DNA from: Botryllus schlosseri
Lineage: Eukaryota
Direction of reading: 5' to 3'
Length of the DNA: 64,000 nt
Assembly: GCA_051294905.1 (NCBI GenBank)
Contig: CM119371.1
Location: 16,990,001 to 17,054,000, forward strand
The notes below the pieces were generated by a model that worked only from the letters and a program-made list of their open reading frames with translations, had not been told where the DNA came from and ran no database searches. The stretch's first letter is position 1. Each line of letters starts with the position of its first letter. This document shows positions 26,075 through 37,654 of this stretch, piece by piece. The position numbers were made by a program, and so were the translations under genes.

Positions 26075-28199
26075 CATCCAGGATAGACCGCCGAAATTAC
26101 ACTTTCACTTGGTCAATTTTTTCGGCTATTGATTTTGTTGAAGTCGCCAACACTGATTTTTGCTACAGTGCCTTGTATACGGTTCGATTCGAGTATCTCA
26201 TACCCTAATAATTTCCAAGAACTTGGTGATAAATGCAACATATTAGTGCAACTTTTGTAAAAAATAAATGCAACTTTCAACGGACTTGACTGCAACAAAA
26301 ACTAGCCCTGGTGATCGGAATTACTTGTAGGGCTGATGGAGGCGATGAGATGACTTCGAAAATTCACGGCATGTAATTGTACAATGTACATTTGTACAGT
26401 ACATCTTAAAAATGTTCAATTTTAAAAGATTGCGCTACCGAAATCATATTAGTATTGCTCACGCTTACGTGACCAAACCAACATAAAAACTACTTCTTGA
26501 GACGCACGTGATTCCAAATTCTCAATTCTTGACAGAACGCATTATTTACCTCAGCAGGCCGCAATTCTACCTCGGGGTTGGACTGCAACGATTAGACTAT
26601 CCGTCCTCGGTCATTCCGGGATCTTGACATATCAATATCGAAGAAGGTTTCAGCCAACATGGGACGATCCCGATTTAATTGCCGCAGATCTTTTAGTTAA
26701 CCGAAATCTTTGATGAACGAAATGGACAGCGCCGCAATGGTGATGCTTGATAGTCCAGAACCTGCAGGTCGTACATCCCTACTGAAAGTAGCTCAGCGGT
26801 TTCAATCTCAATATTCTCTCGTAACTACGACATAATGAGAGTCATTTCTGTTCGTCGTATTATTTGTTATTGTTCTACTCTATTGTTCAGAGCCGGCTGA
26901 GTTATATACCCAATAACCGATATTAACATCAACAAATTTAGCGACACTAAAACGCGCATAGCGCGAATAAAAATTTCACGCTGAATAAAGCTGCCGCCGA
27001 ATGTATTTATATTTATTTACGAAGAACCTTTGACCCCCTTCTTGCTTGCCCTCCAAAATGCATAGACAAAGTGAGCTCAGTCATTCTGGAACTGCGAGAA
27101 AGTATATTGCTGGTTGTTGCAACAGTCATAGCTCAGCCCGTGAGCTCAATTCCTAACTGCTGTATCACTTGAGCGAATTGAGAGACACACATATGCCCGG
27201 ACCATGTCATCCTGATCTCATTTATAGCGTTTCGGCGAGCCGAGACGGCTGCACAATGTAAATAGGCCTAACAACGTTGATTAGCTGCGTAACTTTACGT
27301 ATGTGAATCGCATAACTGACTGGAACAGCTTTCTCACCGGTCTGTCGCTCACTTACTCAGTTTGAGAAATAGTACAGAATGACTTATGATGTCAGCTATG
27401 CGCAATTGCGCACGGTGCAGCTCAGATATAACCATGATTGTGACATTGATAAATGTGGGAATCGGATCTGAATTTCCATACGACTTATTAAGTCAAATTC
27501 GTATATTCATATTTGTAGGACTATCAACGAACGTATCTATACGAATATCTTGATGTCGGAAAAATCACACTGAGCCTCAGTGCAAATGATTTACCGCTAA
27601 AAAAGGACCCAAGTCGTAAGGTCGTTTTGGGGCTGATCAATGCTCAAAGACCAAATTACCTTTCAAATGAAAAAAAAACGGTCAATAAACCTGCAAACTC
27701 TTTTGATGAAAAGGCCTACATTCGGCCTACTATCTACATTCTACACTACAGCCTTAAAACCTTGACATGGATCACGAATCAATGACGAATGAAAATTGTA
27801 CCGGATTTAAGCGGTCATAATCAAGTAGAACTAATACAACCTTTGCTATTTACTTTGCAGAAGTATAGGCGTATTATTGCAGCGATATACTCGGCCTGAT
27901 TAACTGCTCTAGGTTGGAAGAATGATATTGCATTTCTTGTTTGCCCACGTGGATATAAATAGGTGTTGCATGAGCACGATCGTTTACCTCCAATCTAAAG
28001 CGGCATATCTCAGATGCAAAAATAGGTTAGGTAATATGTGATCATCCAAACAAGAGATCAATTGTTAGTATGATTTTTATTATTTCATTGTCATCATATA
28101 TATATGATGTTAAGACATATCAGTTGAAGACAGAATTGGTATTGTTTAGGTTCGTTCTATCACGAAAACTTTTATTCTTTCAAATTAACTACATGATAG

Positions 28200-30322
28200 T
28201 AGGGATGGTGTGAACGTGAGGTTCACGTTCGCGTTCTGTGTGTGAACCTCGGAAATTTAGAGGTTCGCGGTCACAACAGAACCTTGGTAGGTTCTGCACT
28301 GTGAACCTTTTTCATATATTACCATTTTCACTTCATTATAACATCTTTGGTTAGGATTTATTGCATCTCAACTGCGGGCCACTCTATGCATGGCGCTGGC
28401 AGCATTAAAAATCAACACTAAACGAGCATGCACCTTGACAATCTCAAAAGTATTACTTGCTTTGTTACAAACGTCTGCACGAAATATCCAGCCTTCCGTT
28501 TGTCGATATTTAATGACAGCTGTGCTGCAAGTTTGACCCGCAATCACACAACGTCACGAGCGAAATACGTAGTCAGCGAATGATGCTTATTCAAATTGAT
28601 ATCATTTTCTGATGCAAAAAATCTAGCATGCGTACGGGGTCAATCTTGACTACATATCTTTACTGCATCATTAAAACCAAATCCGTGCGATTGAGGTGTT
28701 GGCTACTGCTGTATAACTTGTTGATGGGTTAATATCGGTAGCAAGTATAAACCCGTTTTACCCTATGCTCAATATCAATGTAGCAATACTCTGACGCCGA
28801 ATACATTGTCCGATCTGGCCTAGACCGTTAAGGCGTAAGCTTATATTCCCTGGTAAGTCCTCGTCGAAATTGTTGGCATAGCGACGAAAGATATTGATTT
28901 TATGGGAGTATTCAATCCGTTGATACATTTAGCGACGTTTAAAACGCCAATATGTACTTCGGCATTGTGGCATTATGTGGCTCGAGTCGTCGCTAGGTCT
29001 CGTCTACATTAGTTTAGGCCAGTGGTTCCCAACGTGGGTGATATCGCCCCCCAGGGGGTGATTTGGCGGTCTAGGGGGGCGAAAATAACGAAGGGGGCGA
29101 AAACGGACGAAGGGGGCGATAGGGGGGCGAAAACAGCGAAGGGGGCGATAGGGGGGTGATGGTGCGTTAAAACGGCTATATTGGAGTCGGGACCGTAACT
29201 ACCGCACCACAAACTCCCCAATTGGGGGGGGGCGAAATAGAAGGAAGCCCAAAATTATTTCATGAATTAACATGAATGATAGAGTAATTTTTTAGAAATT
29301 CATGCCACTTTTTAAAAAATTTTTCGCGCTGCGCGCAATTTAATATTTTCAAGTATCCCCGTCACCCAACAAAAATACGCATGAGTTATGGAAATGGGAG
29401 ACTGCGACGTCGGCCATTACTGCGCCTCCGACATGCGCCTCCGCGCGACATGCGCCTCCGAGAAGTGTGCCAGAACGATCAGCAGCGAGAAGACCTTTGC
29501 CGAAAAGAAATGCCCTTGTGCTGACTGAAAACTTCGATCTATATACAATATACATATACGTTTAATTGTCCATAGGCGCCTCGATGGCTGGCGGCGAATG
29601 TTCCTGTCATGGCGACCTTAAGCCTACAGGACAAATGCCACCCCGCAAGGAAAAAATTATTTGCCAGTAAAGAAATACCAATATGAAATCATGTGCGTCT
29701 TTTCGTTTGGTACGTTTTGATGATTTCCATATCTTCTGACACAGCAGATATAGGAGGTCACGAAATACGGAAATAACATCATGTAAAGAAATCAATATAA
29801 CAATGATTCCGCCCAAAGATGTTTAATTATTATTTAGGGGTCCTACCTTTTCCAACATACCACATCGACCATATTCTCCGATTCAAACATAAATTATATG
29901 AATTTGTCGCGCTTCGCGCGTTTAGTCGAAATACGGTGACTCACCAAACAGTACATGAAATAGGGTATATCTGATATGCAGCGACAAAAAGCCCACTGGC
30001 TGAGGGGGGGTCTGGGGTTTGGTTTATCACCCTATGGGGCCAAAGACCAACGTTTTTTTGGAGTGGGGGCTGACGAAGTGCTGTTTTTCGGTTCCCAATA
30101 TTTGGGGGGCGATAATCGGTGTGGAGCTTCAAAAGGGGGCGATGAGTCGAAAAAGGTTGGGAACCACTGGTTTAGGCTATCACTTCATTGGAAGATAGGG
30201 TTGGAATTAGCAATATGACGTCACGTGACGTCACGAGGTTCACGTTCGTGTTCACACAGAACCTTTCAAAAAGGTTCGCGTTCACACGAACATGAACCTT
30301 TCAGAGGCTCACACCATCCCTA
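28200..30322. mobile_element. TAGGGATGGTGTGA-family element with GAAC/GTTC subterminal repeats
   Basis: TIRs TAGGGATGGTGTGA / TCACACCATCCCTA; flanked by GATAG on both sides; partial copies at ~32730-32981 and ~48310-48715. Confidence 0.85.
29020..30169. mobile_element. Nested hAT element, CAGTGGTTCCCAAC family
   Basis: Both TIRs; perfect TSD GTTTAGGC; empty homologous site visible near 48590-48610. Confidence 0.95.
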
Positions 30323-30364
30323 GATAGCATACTTATAAGATGTTGTTTTCAATCCGCGTTACGA

Positions 30365-30372
30365 TCTCTCTC

Positions 30373-30427
<55 letters not shown>
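30365..30427. repeat. (CT)n microsatellite
   Basis: About 31 TC units with one interruption. Confidence 0.97.
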
Positions 30428-30429
<2 letters not shown>

Positions 30430-31278
30430 CACTCATTACATCATATATTCGGGACTTTTGCCAACCGAAATTTGGCACAAAATGACACTGGTCATTTCCA
30501 CAATCCGACTCTCATCGTGTATGAGTGTATGACTCATGCAACAAAATCCCATCTACTCTGTACGCAGACCGACTAACGGCAGTTACTTTACGGACTATGT
30601 ATCCCCGACTGGTTTAATTCAGCGTATGTGGCCAGATTAGACTTGGGTAATGACCAAATGATGATGGTTAGACATGTTACCAATCGGTGAACAATGAACA
30701 CATACTCCGTAGTTATGCATGCCAGGTGTATTTATCAACTGTAATCACGCAATTCTAACAGCGATACAGCATGACACTTCTTGATTGACTTTAGTTAGAC
30801 AATACATATTTGCTTTTGCTTGTGCAATTGATCTGGGGCACGCCTGAGAAGACCCACTTGCCTGGATTGCTGCAGTCATTCAGAAAAGGTTATCGTCGTC
30901 AAACATAGAGGTCATATCAAAAATTATGACACGTCAAGGCCAGGGTGATCACCAGTCATTGCATCACCACCGTTCCTACACACGTTACACAACACACGCA
31001 CCATTTTCGTAGCGATATTATTATTGTTTTATAAGATCGTTCAGTGGAGCTTTTCGCAGAAAAAGATTTTGTCCCACGACGCATGATATGATGAAGCCTA
31101 TACGATCCAATACATTTTACATCATAGAACTGTGTATACTGTATATAGTTATATCTGACGCTTTAAGTCCGGTACAAATTCCAATACATCAGCGGTAATG
31201 TTGGCGTCGAATAAGATGTTATATAATTGGAAGGGAATGTTCTTTCTCTGGGCGACACGTTGCAACTTTCGTCTTATG

Positions 31279-32501
31279 CAGAGGTCTCAAACACGCGGCC
31301 CGCGGGCCGCATGCGGCCCGTCAGAGCATTTAGTGCGGCCCGCGACGACATTTCAGATTTTCATAAATTTTACAACATATAAGTGCCACATATGTCTTTT
31401 CAAGTTGTAAAGTGAAAATTCTCTCTTAAATTGCTCCGATAGCCTAAAACGATTCATCAAACTTCACTATCCGCGACCATGCAGTAGAGATTCCCTATTT
31501 CGCCATATTTCCAATTCATGATGATAAACCCTCACCCTTCGACGATAGTCGTTTACAGCACTATGCATAGACGATTTGTGACTGAAATTTGTGAGTTAGA
31601 CTTGGACGCGACCTTTATTAGAATTACTCGGGCTGACTCGATGGCCAAATGAAAATGAGCAGAGTGGACTCGGAAAGCCCTGAGGTGGTTAGAACCATGG
31701 ACGCAACAAACTATTCGCGTGTCATGGGAATAGTAATAGATCAGAAGGTCGCAGCTTAACATTCGCTAACTGAGCAAGTAGTTATGGCAACCATTGGCAA
31801 TCTGTTAGTTACCTCTTGGGTCGCTAAACCATGTTGAATGTTGATAATGGCACTTAAAGGTACCGAGTATACCGTAGTGGTACGCTCCAATGATGTAACG
31901 ATGTTGTTCGGCATTCCGAAATTTATATAACTATTAGGCCTACACATTCAATAATATATTTATATTGTTATTTTTCTGCTCCAATATTCGAAGGTTTTTG
32001 ACCATGAGCTTAATAACCCACTTATCAGGAGTATACCCGAATCCTGGATTGGGCTGCACTGCTAAACCCCAAATGCTGTGATAGCAGATTAATCTCTATT
32101 ATCAATCTGTTAAATTCAAAATATTAACGCAAATTATTGCAAAATTATAACGTGATAGCTTTTAGGATAACATTATATATTTGTCCGCTTACGTGGCGTC
32201 TTATAATTAATATATATCAAATACAACAACATATCAAATACTACAACATTTCTATTCAAATAGCTATAAATGTGATAATTTTTTTCATGCCAGGCCTAAA
32301 TTGATACAAGAGTAAATCACATTTTTATGATGAGTGTTGAATATTAGTCTGTTGGATTGGCTCACTTTCAATAGGACAATTTCATCCCGTCAAATACGGC
32401 CTACTTCGAAAGAAATGAAATACCCCTGTTGATGCTGCGGCCCGCGGCGTCGTCAAAATTGGAAAATTGGCCCGCGAGCACATTTGAGTTTGAGACCTCT
32501 G
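31279..32501. mobile_element. Non-autonomous hAT, CAGAGGTCTCAAAC family (1223 bp)
   Basis: Both TIRs; perfect TSD GTCTTATG. Confidence 0.95.
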
Positions 32502-32519
32502 GTCTTATGTCTGGTAGTT

Positions 32520-32670
32520 GTGAGAAGTCACCGCTTCTCATTCGCTGCAAAGTTCGCACAATGGTGAATCCGAGCAGCCAACGTGGTACAGATGGCCATT
32601 GAATACGCACTGACCGACGCCTAGTCGAAATAAGATAGATTCGTTGCGACGTGGTGGAGCAGATGGCGTG
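32520..32670. repeat. Dispersed repeat, inverted copy at ~57560-57690
   Basis: Conceptual translations RIQWPSVPRWLLGFTIVRTLQR vs RIQCTSLPRWLLGITNVRALRR reflect nucleotide homology. Confidence 0.7.
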
Positions 32671-32729
32671 ACTTTGTGTAGCTCATGTTTAGTGTTGCCT
32701 CAGCCGTGAGGCCGAAGCAAACAATTTTT

Positions 32730-32981
32730 GAAGTTCGAAGGTGCATGCTCGTTTAGTGTTGCAATGGTGTCTATTCGTGCTGCCAGGGCCATGCGGAAAG
32801 TGGTCCGAGGTTGAAACGCAACGGTTTTCAGCCAACGATGTTATGATGATGTGAAAATCGTGATCTGTGAAAATGTTTGTATAGTATAGAACCTACCGAG
32901 ATCATGGCGAACGCGAACCTCTAAATTTATGAGGTTCACACACCGAACAGGAATGTGAACTTCACGTTCACACAATCCCTA
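32730..32981. mobile_element. Terminal fragment of the TAGGGATGG family (inverted)
   Basis: Reverse complement of 28200-28430; ends CACACAATCCCTA. Confidence 0.75.
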
Positions 32982-33029
32982 CTATTGATCATATATGATG
33001 CCTTGAAATACTCCATCACAAAGGGTAAT

Positions 33030-33630
33030 CTAGCTATCCGGCATAGCTACAAATTTTGACCCGAAAAATACCCGTCATATTTACATTGGCTCGGCAACGT
33101 AGCCTATCTATCCACTTTGCAAATAGAACGATGGAATCTACAGTTCATTGATGTTATTGTAACGTTAGCACGCATTGTGAGTATGTAACCAAACCACTTT
33201 TGCTAAACTCTCTGAAAGATGTACTTCGTGCATATAATGCGAGTAACATGTATCACTGAAGTAGATTGGTTTGCAGGACTTACATCCCAAGGATTGGTTG
33301 AGCGTATTAAGCAGCACATACCGAAAATAATACGATCTGAAACAGGTGCGAATGACCGCACAGAATTCGCACACCAGTGTAAGCAGACTGAAAAAACAGA
33401 CTCCTACCACGATTTTCCGGCATACTCTTCGTCGATTGGTAATTCAGCAATAGGTAATGAGAACTTCTCATGTGCACGGAATTATGATGATGACATGCTA
33501 ACTGTCTCTATGCGAGGCTGATTTTCGTTTCATTTGAAAGTGCTAGAATCCACAAATATTCAGTTGACCAGGCCACTAGTTCGTTTTGGTTTGTGTGTTT
33601 TGTCGTTTTACTTACATTTTGCGTAGCTAC
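33030..33630 (+). mobile_element. 3' fragment of a Penelope-like retroelement (GIY-YIG endonuclease region), decayed
   Basis: Pieces CY.NV..KDVL..SN.Y / GLTSQGLVERIKQHIPK / SAIG..CA.NY / FHLKVLES..I..P, with stops and frameshifts. Confidence 0.75.
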
Positions 33631-33749
33631 TAACCTACTACAGTTCTGCATAATTCAAAGTTGTTGTTGCCATTTTTTGTGGTATTCATGGTGTTTGTCG
33701 ACTACTATGGTCATTTAAACCAGGCTGATATTCTTCATTTTTATTCCGT

Positions 33750-33900
33750 AACTGACGACTTATAGCACGGCCCCCTTCTAAGCTTTTTGTAAGACACCGC
33801 TTACCCGGGTGAGGTGGCGAGGAGGGTAAATAAACCTCCAACCCTTAGGTACAGGAATTCTGAAGTCGTCCTCGGTCGGACTCGAACCCGCAACCCATTG
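33750..33900 (-). mobile_element. tRNA-derived SINE-like fragment
   Basis: Minus-strand B-box GGTTCGAGTCC followed by a non-tRNA body; no full cloverleaf seen. Confidence 0.5.
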
Positions 33901-34639
33901 CCATTGTTAGATTGCAAATTCCATGGTCTGAGATTTTGACTCTTACGTCATACTTTGCCTCATTGTTTTACATTTTGAATATGTCTAAATGTACTCAAGT
34001 GGTTCTGCAATTAGTCTTCTTCCGCTTCTACCCGATATTTAACACAGATGAAGCTGCTAACTTTACACATATTGTATTTTGTAAAGAAGCAAGCAGTTTA
34101 GAGCTATGCTTGCGTCGCCTTTATGAGCGAAATCGTCATGACCGACGAGAGCTGCTTTGTTACGCTAACTAAATATATTTTCAAAACTTCACATATTCAT
34201 GTTATCCGTCAATTTGTTTTAGTCGTGAAGGTGTAACCTGCAATATAGAAAGTAAACACTTCTGATCAACTACTTCAAGTATATGTGAACGAATCGATCA
34301 AATCTCATCGACAAATCAGATAAATTAATACTTCTACTTGTTATAGAATCGATATTGATTGCTTTACATCCAGGCTACTTCTACTTTATACAGCAACGTT
34401 GAATAGGCCTACTTGAATACTTTAACCACAACAGGTCAACCATTCAATGTGCGGCAATGAATCAGGAAATCATAGAACGTGGTCTCCCTGCCTATCGTCA
34501 AATTTACGTCGGTTCCGAAATAATATGCCTCCAAATTGTTGATTCCAGTAAGTCATACGGGTAACGCACAACTCATACGCAACTGTCGCATCACTGAATT
34601 GAATTTTACGGCGTATCGTGACAATTAAATATATTTAGC

Positions 34640-36357
34640 CTGCTTGAAAAGTAAGCCCCTCTACTCATCATGTATTATACTCCATTCATCGAGATGAAGT
34701 TAGAATATTGTCTGAAGCCAGTCGTCTGGTATCGTGGATCATCTTTGGGAGCTTAATTTCGCCATAATGGAACCAAGTCCCAATCTCCTTACTCCGGGAT
34801 TACTTATGCATTTATGTACGGCTATCTTAGACTACCTTACTGTGATAGTCAAGACCTTGCGTCAGAGTTTGACGGCTGCCTGAGGTCGCTAGATAGCAAG
34901 GAGATATTGCAAAATTAGCTTCGTATTATAGCTCGTGAATTATGGGTGAGCTGTAACATTTTATGGTATTCTTGAAATCTCGTCTAAAATACCCTACATA
35001 TCTTTATATCAAAAATTGGACCAAATTGGAAATCGCAGTCGCGGCAGAATTGGTTCAGATACATTACGAATTGCTATCACAGCATGAAAATCGCATTCGA
35101 ATTCCACACTGTAAAATCGTGATTATATGAACGACAGGTCAATCTCAATTGATTTCCGCCCTAGTTTGCTGGCAATCTATTAAAGTCCATTAACTTAAAC
35201 TATTAAGTGACGTCCAGAGAGTTATCTCTATGTTTCAAACAGAATAATAAAAGGTGGAACACCAAATATTTACAAAACGGACAATGGTATCTGACTATAA
35301 AATTCTTTAAAAGCAACATCTGATAAGGCTAGGCTCCTACATGCGCTCCAGACATGCCCGTCTATTACACCTTTGAGCTTGGGCACATGTAGTTCGATAT
35401 CTCTTCAGAAGCAACGTCACTAAACACTGCGTCGCACTGGAATAGGGTTGCATTTAAAACAAAAATCAATTAAAAACAAACAAGTTTAAAACAAGGCCCT
35501 AATTTAAAACATGTTTTTTTGTTTTGTATTTTAAGCCGTGACATCTTGAATATTAAATTGTGACGCCATAATGGAATTGAAATTGACAATTGAAAATATA
35601 GGGTAAATATAACTCTTTTCACGAAATATATGTCTGTACTATAACTGTTGAACCGACTATTTTGGGGTTCCAACGATCCCCTATCGACATACGTTGGCTA
35701 AATCGGGTCGTAGTTGTCTGTATGATCATACAACATGTTTTTTGGAAAGTATTTACAATATTACGGCGTAATTTTACAACTTAAAATAACTATTTTTTTA
35801 AAAGGCCTTTGTTTAAAACATGTTTTAAACAAAGTGTTTTAAAACACCGTTTGTTATATATGCAACTCTGCACTGGAAGCAGTTCCTAGTTAGTTTGATC
35901 CTACAGCCTAACGAATTCTTCGATCAAACATCGTTCGGCTTACCTTGATTTAACTAGAAAAATATAGTCCGAAAAATCAGACATCACATTGCGCTGTGAT
36001 CCAATCCACGAAGAGTGTGTGTAAATAGTAATTATTCATAGTATATATCGTTAGGTACAGCTGTCAATCGACAATTGTCTTCGCTTCTAAATGTGTAACA
36101 ATTTAGATAATCGTAAAGTAGAATGATTTATTATGACACTGTTGTTTAATTCCATTGTTTTTATCATATTTCTGCACCAGGCCCATCATGCGCTCTCCAG
36201 ACGTGCCTGCTATTAGGCGGCTTCCCTCTGGCAGATGACGTACTATTACATCTCTTCGATAGAATTCCGCGTCAGCAACAAGTAGCAAGTACCGCATCAT
36301 GCACAATGTAACCCCGTCGGCATGCAATCGTTGCTTCCAGTTCTTCCCCCAAGGAAG
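34640..36357 (+). pseudogene. Candidate decayed exons (~34640-34945 and 36181-36357), product uncertain
   Basis: Donor TGG|GTgagc, acceptor tctgcaccAG, donor AAG|GTaagg; phase-0 compatible; two stops in each piece. Confidence 0.3.
35443..35870. mobile_element. MITE, TAGGGTTGCATTTAAAAC family
   Basis: Both ends; perfect TSD CACTGGAA. Confidence 0.93.
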
Positions 36358-36778
36358 GTAAGGAAACGCGGCATAAATCAGCAATGTCATCAAGTGAAAC
36401 TCACTATTCGCGAGATTAGGAATTGTATGCTGTTCGCTGAAATATGCCAGAATATGCTAGTTCAACAACTGATAGCACGTTACCAATAACATAAGTGTGG
36501 GCTTGATTTCAACATGACGAAATTTTACTTGCTAGATAAGCATTCGGACTCCCGTGTAGATTTAATGAGTCTCTGTTTGCTGTTCAAATAGATAGATGGG
36601 ATAATCAAATTATACAAACAATACACGGATAAGGTCTACCGATGAATGACTCCTATCTTAGTAGGAGGTGACATTTCGCGTGAATATATCATTTCAGGCC
36701 ATCCCATGATGCAGAAAAATGTGATTGGTGCTAAATCGCATTGTTGTACCATTGTTTAATTTGCGTTAGATTCTAATT

Positions 36779-37515
36779 CAGTGGTTTCCAAATTGTGTAC
36801 CGCGGTAGATTCCCGAGGGTGTCGCGGATCCTTTATGCAATTTCGGAAAATAACTACATAAATATTAGAAACAATGGATGCAGGCAGGCAACCATATGTG
36901 ACTATAACTGATAGCTGACAAATAAATACATGTGGCCATTACGATGGAATCAACCATGGCATTACCGATGAATAGGGGGATTTAGACGTAATAATTAGAT
37001 GGCTATGTATCGAAGATAGTCTTTCATCCGTTTCAGCTCATAAACAATACAATGTATGAGCAGTGAGCGCACAGTATGGACTTCAACTTGCATCGCAATA
37101 TTACTTCTCATGATGTGTTGTTCACAATTTAAGATTGGAAGCTAAGAAGCAATGAATCAAGGAATCTTCCTGCAGAACAACAGCTCATTAATATAGGCCT
37201 ATGACACGCCTGTTTCGTTAAAACAGTGCTTCCATAAAAATAGAGTAGTTGTAAATGTCTCATTTCAGATCTTGTATCATGATAAGTACAGGAGCAAGCA
37301 GAGTTATTCAGAATTATGTTACCATTTGCATCCATGCATTCATGCATTCATGACTGTGTGAACATAGCTTCTGTGTTTTGACTTAAATCAAAATCTGTGC
37401 ACGGGAAGACATCTTGGAAATACAGACGGAATGCGGGTTTCAGTCGCAATAATATTTGGTAAAATAAGCATAGCCTTTTAGTATGCCACAAGGCAAAAAG
37501 GTTTGTGAGCCACTG
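36779..37515. mobile_element. Older hAT MITE immediately upstream of lectin gene A
   Basis: CAGTGGTTTCCAAA / TTTGTGAGCCACTG; TSD TTCTAATT/TTCTAATA. Confidence 0.8.
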
Positions 37516-37654
37516 TTCTAATATAACCATCTCCATCAGTAAAGTGATGCAAATCATATCAGAGTATATCTTTCTACACTTGACACTGGCTATACCTTAA
37601 CATATAACATGAAACGCAGTGAAATTTAGGAAATTTTGACAAATTACGTGTATT

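Larger units (their letters stand above)
24090..26310. mobile_element. TAGGGCAAGTTTTTG-family element hosting two nested insertions
   Basis: Both ends match the 63451-63820 element (inverted); TSD GTGATCAA/GTGATCGG. Confidence 0.75.

Noticed and set aside
30340..30576. Ser/Leu-repeat ORF
   Set aside because: Translation of the (CT)n microsatellite.
33860..33930. tRNA gene
   Set aside because: Only a B-box-like arm; no acceptor stem or cloverleaf, so treated as SINE-like.
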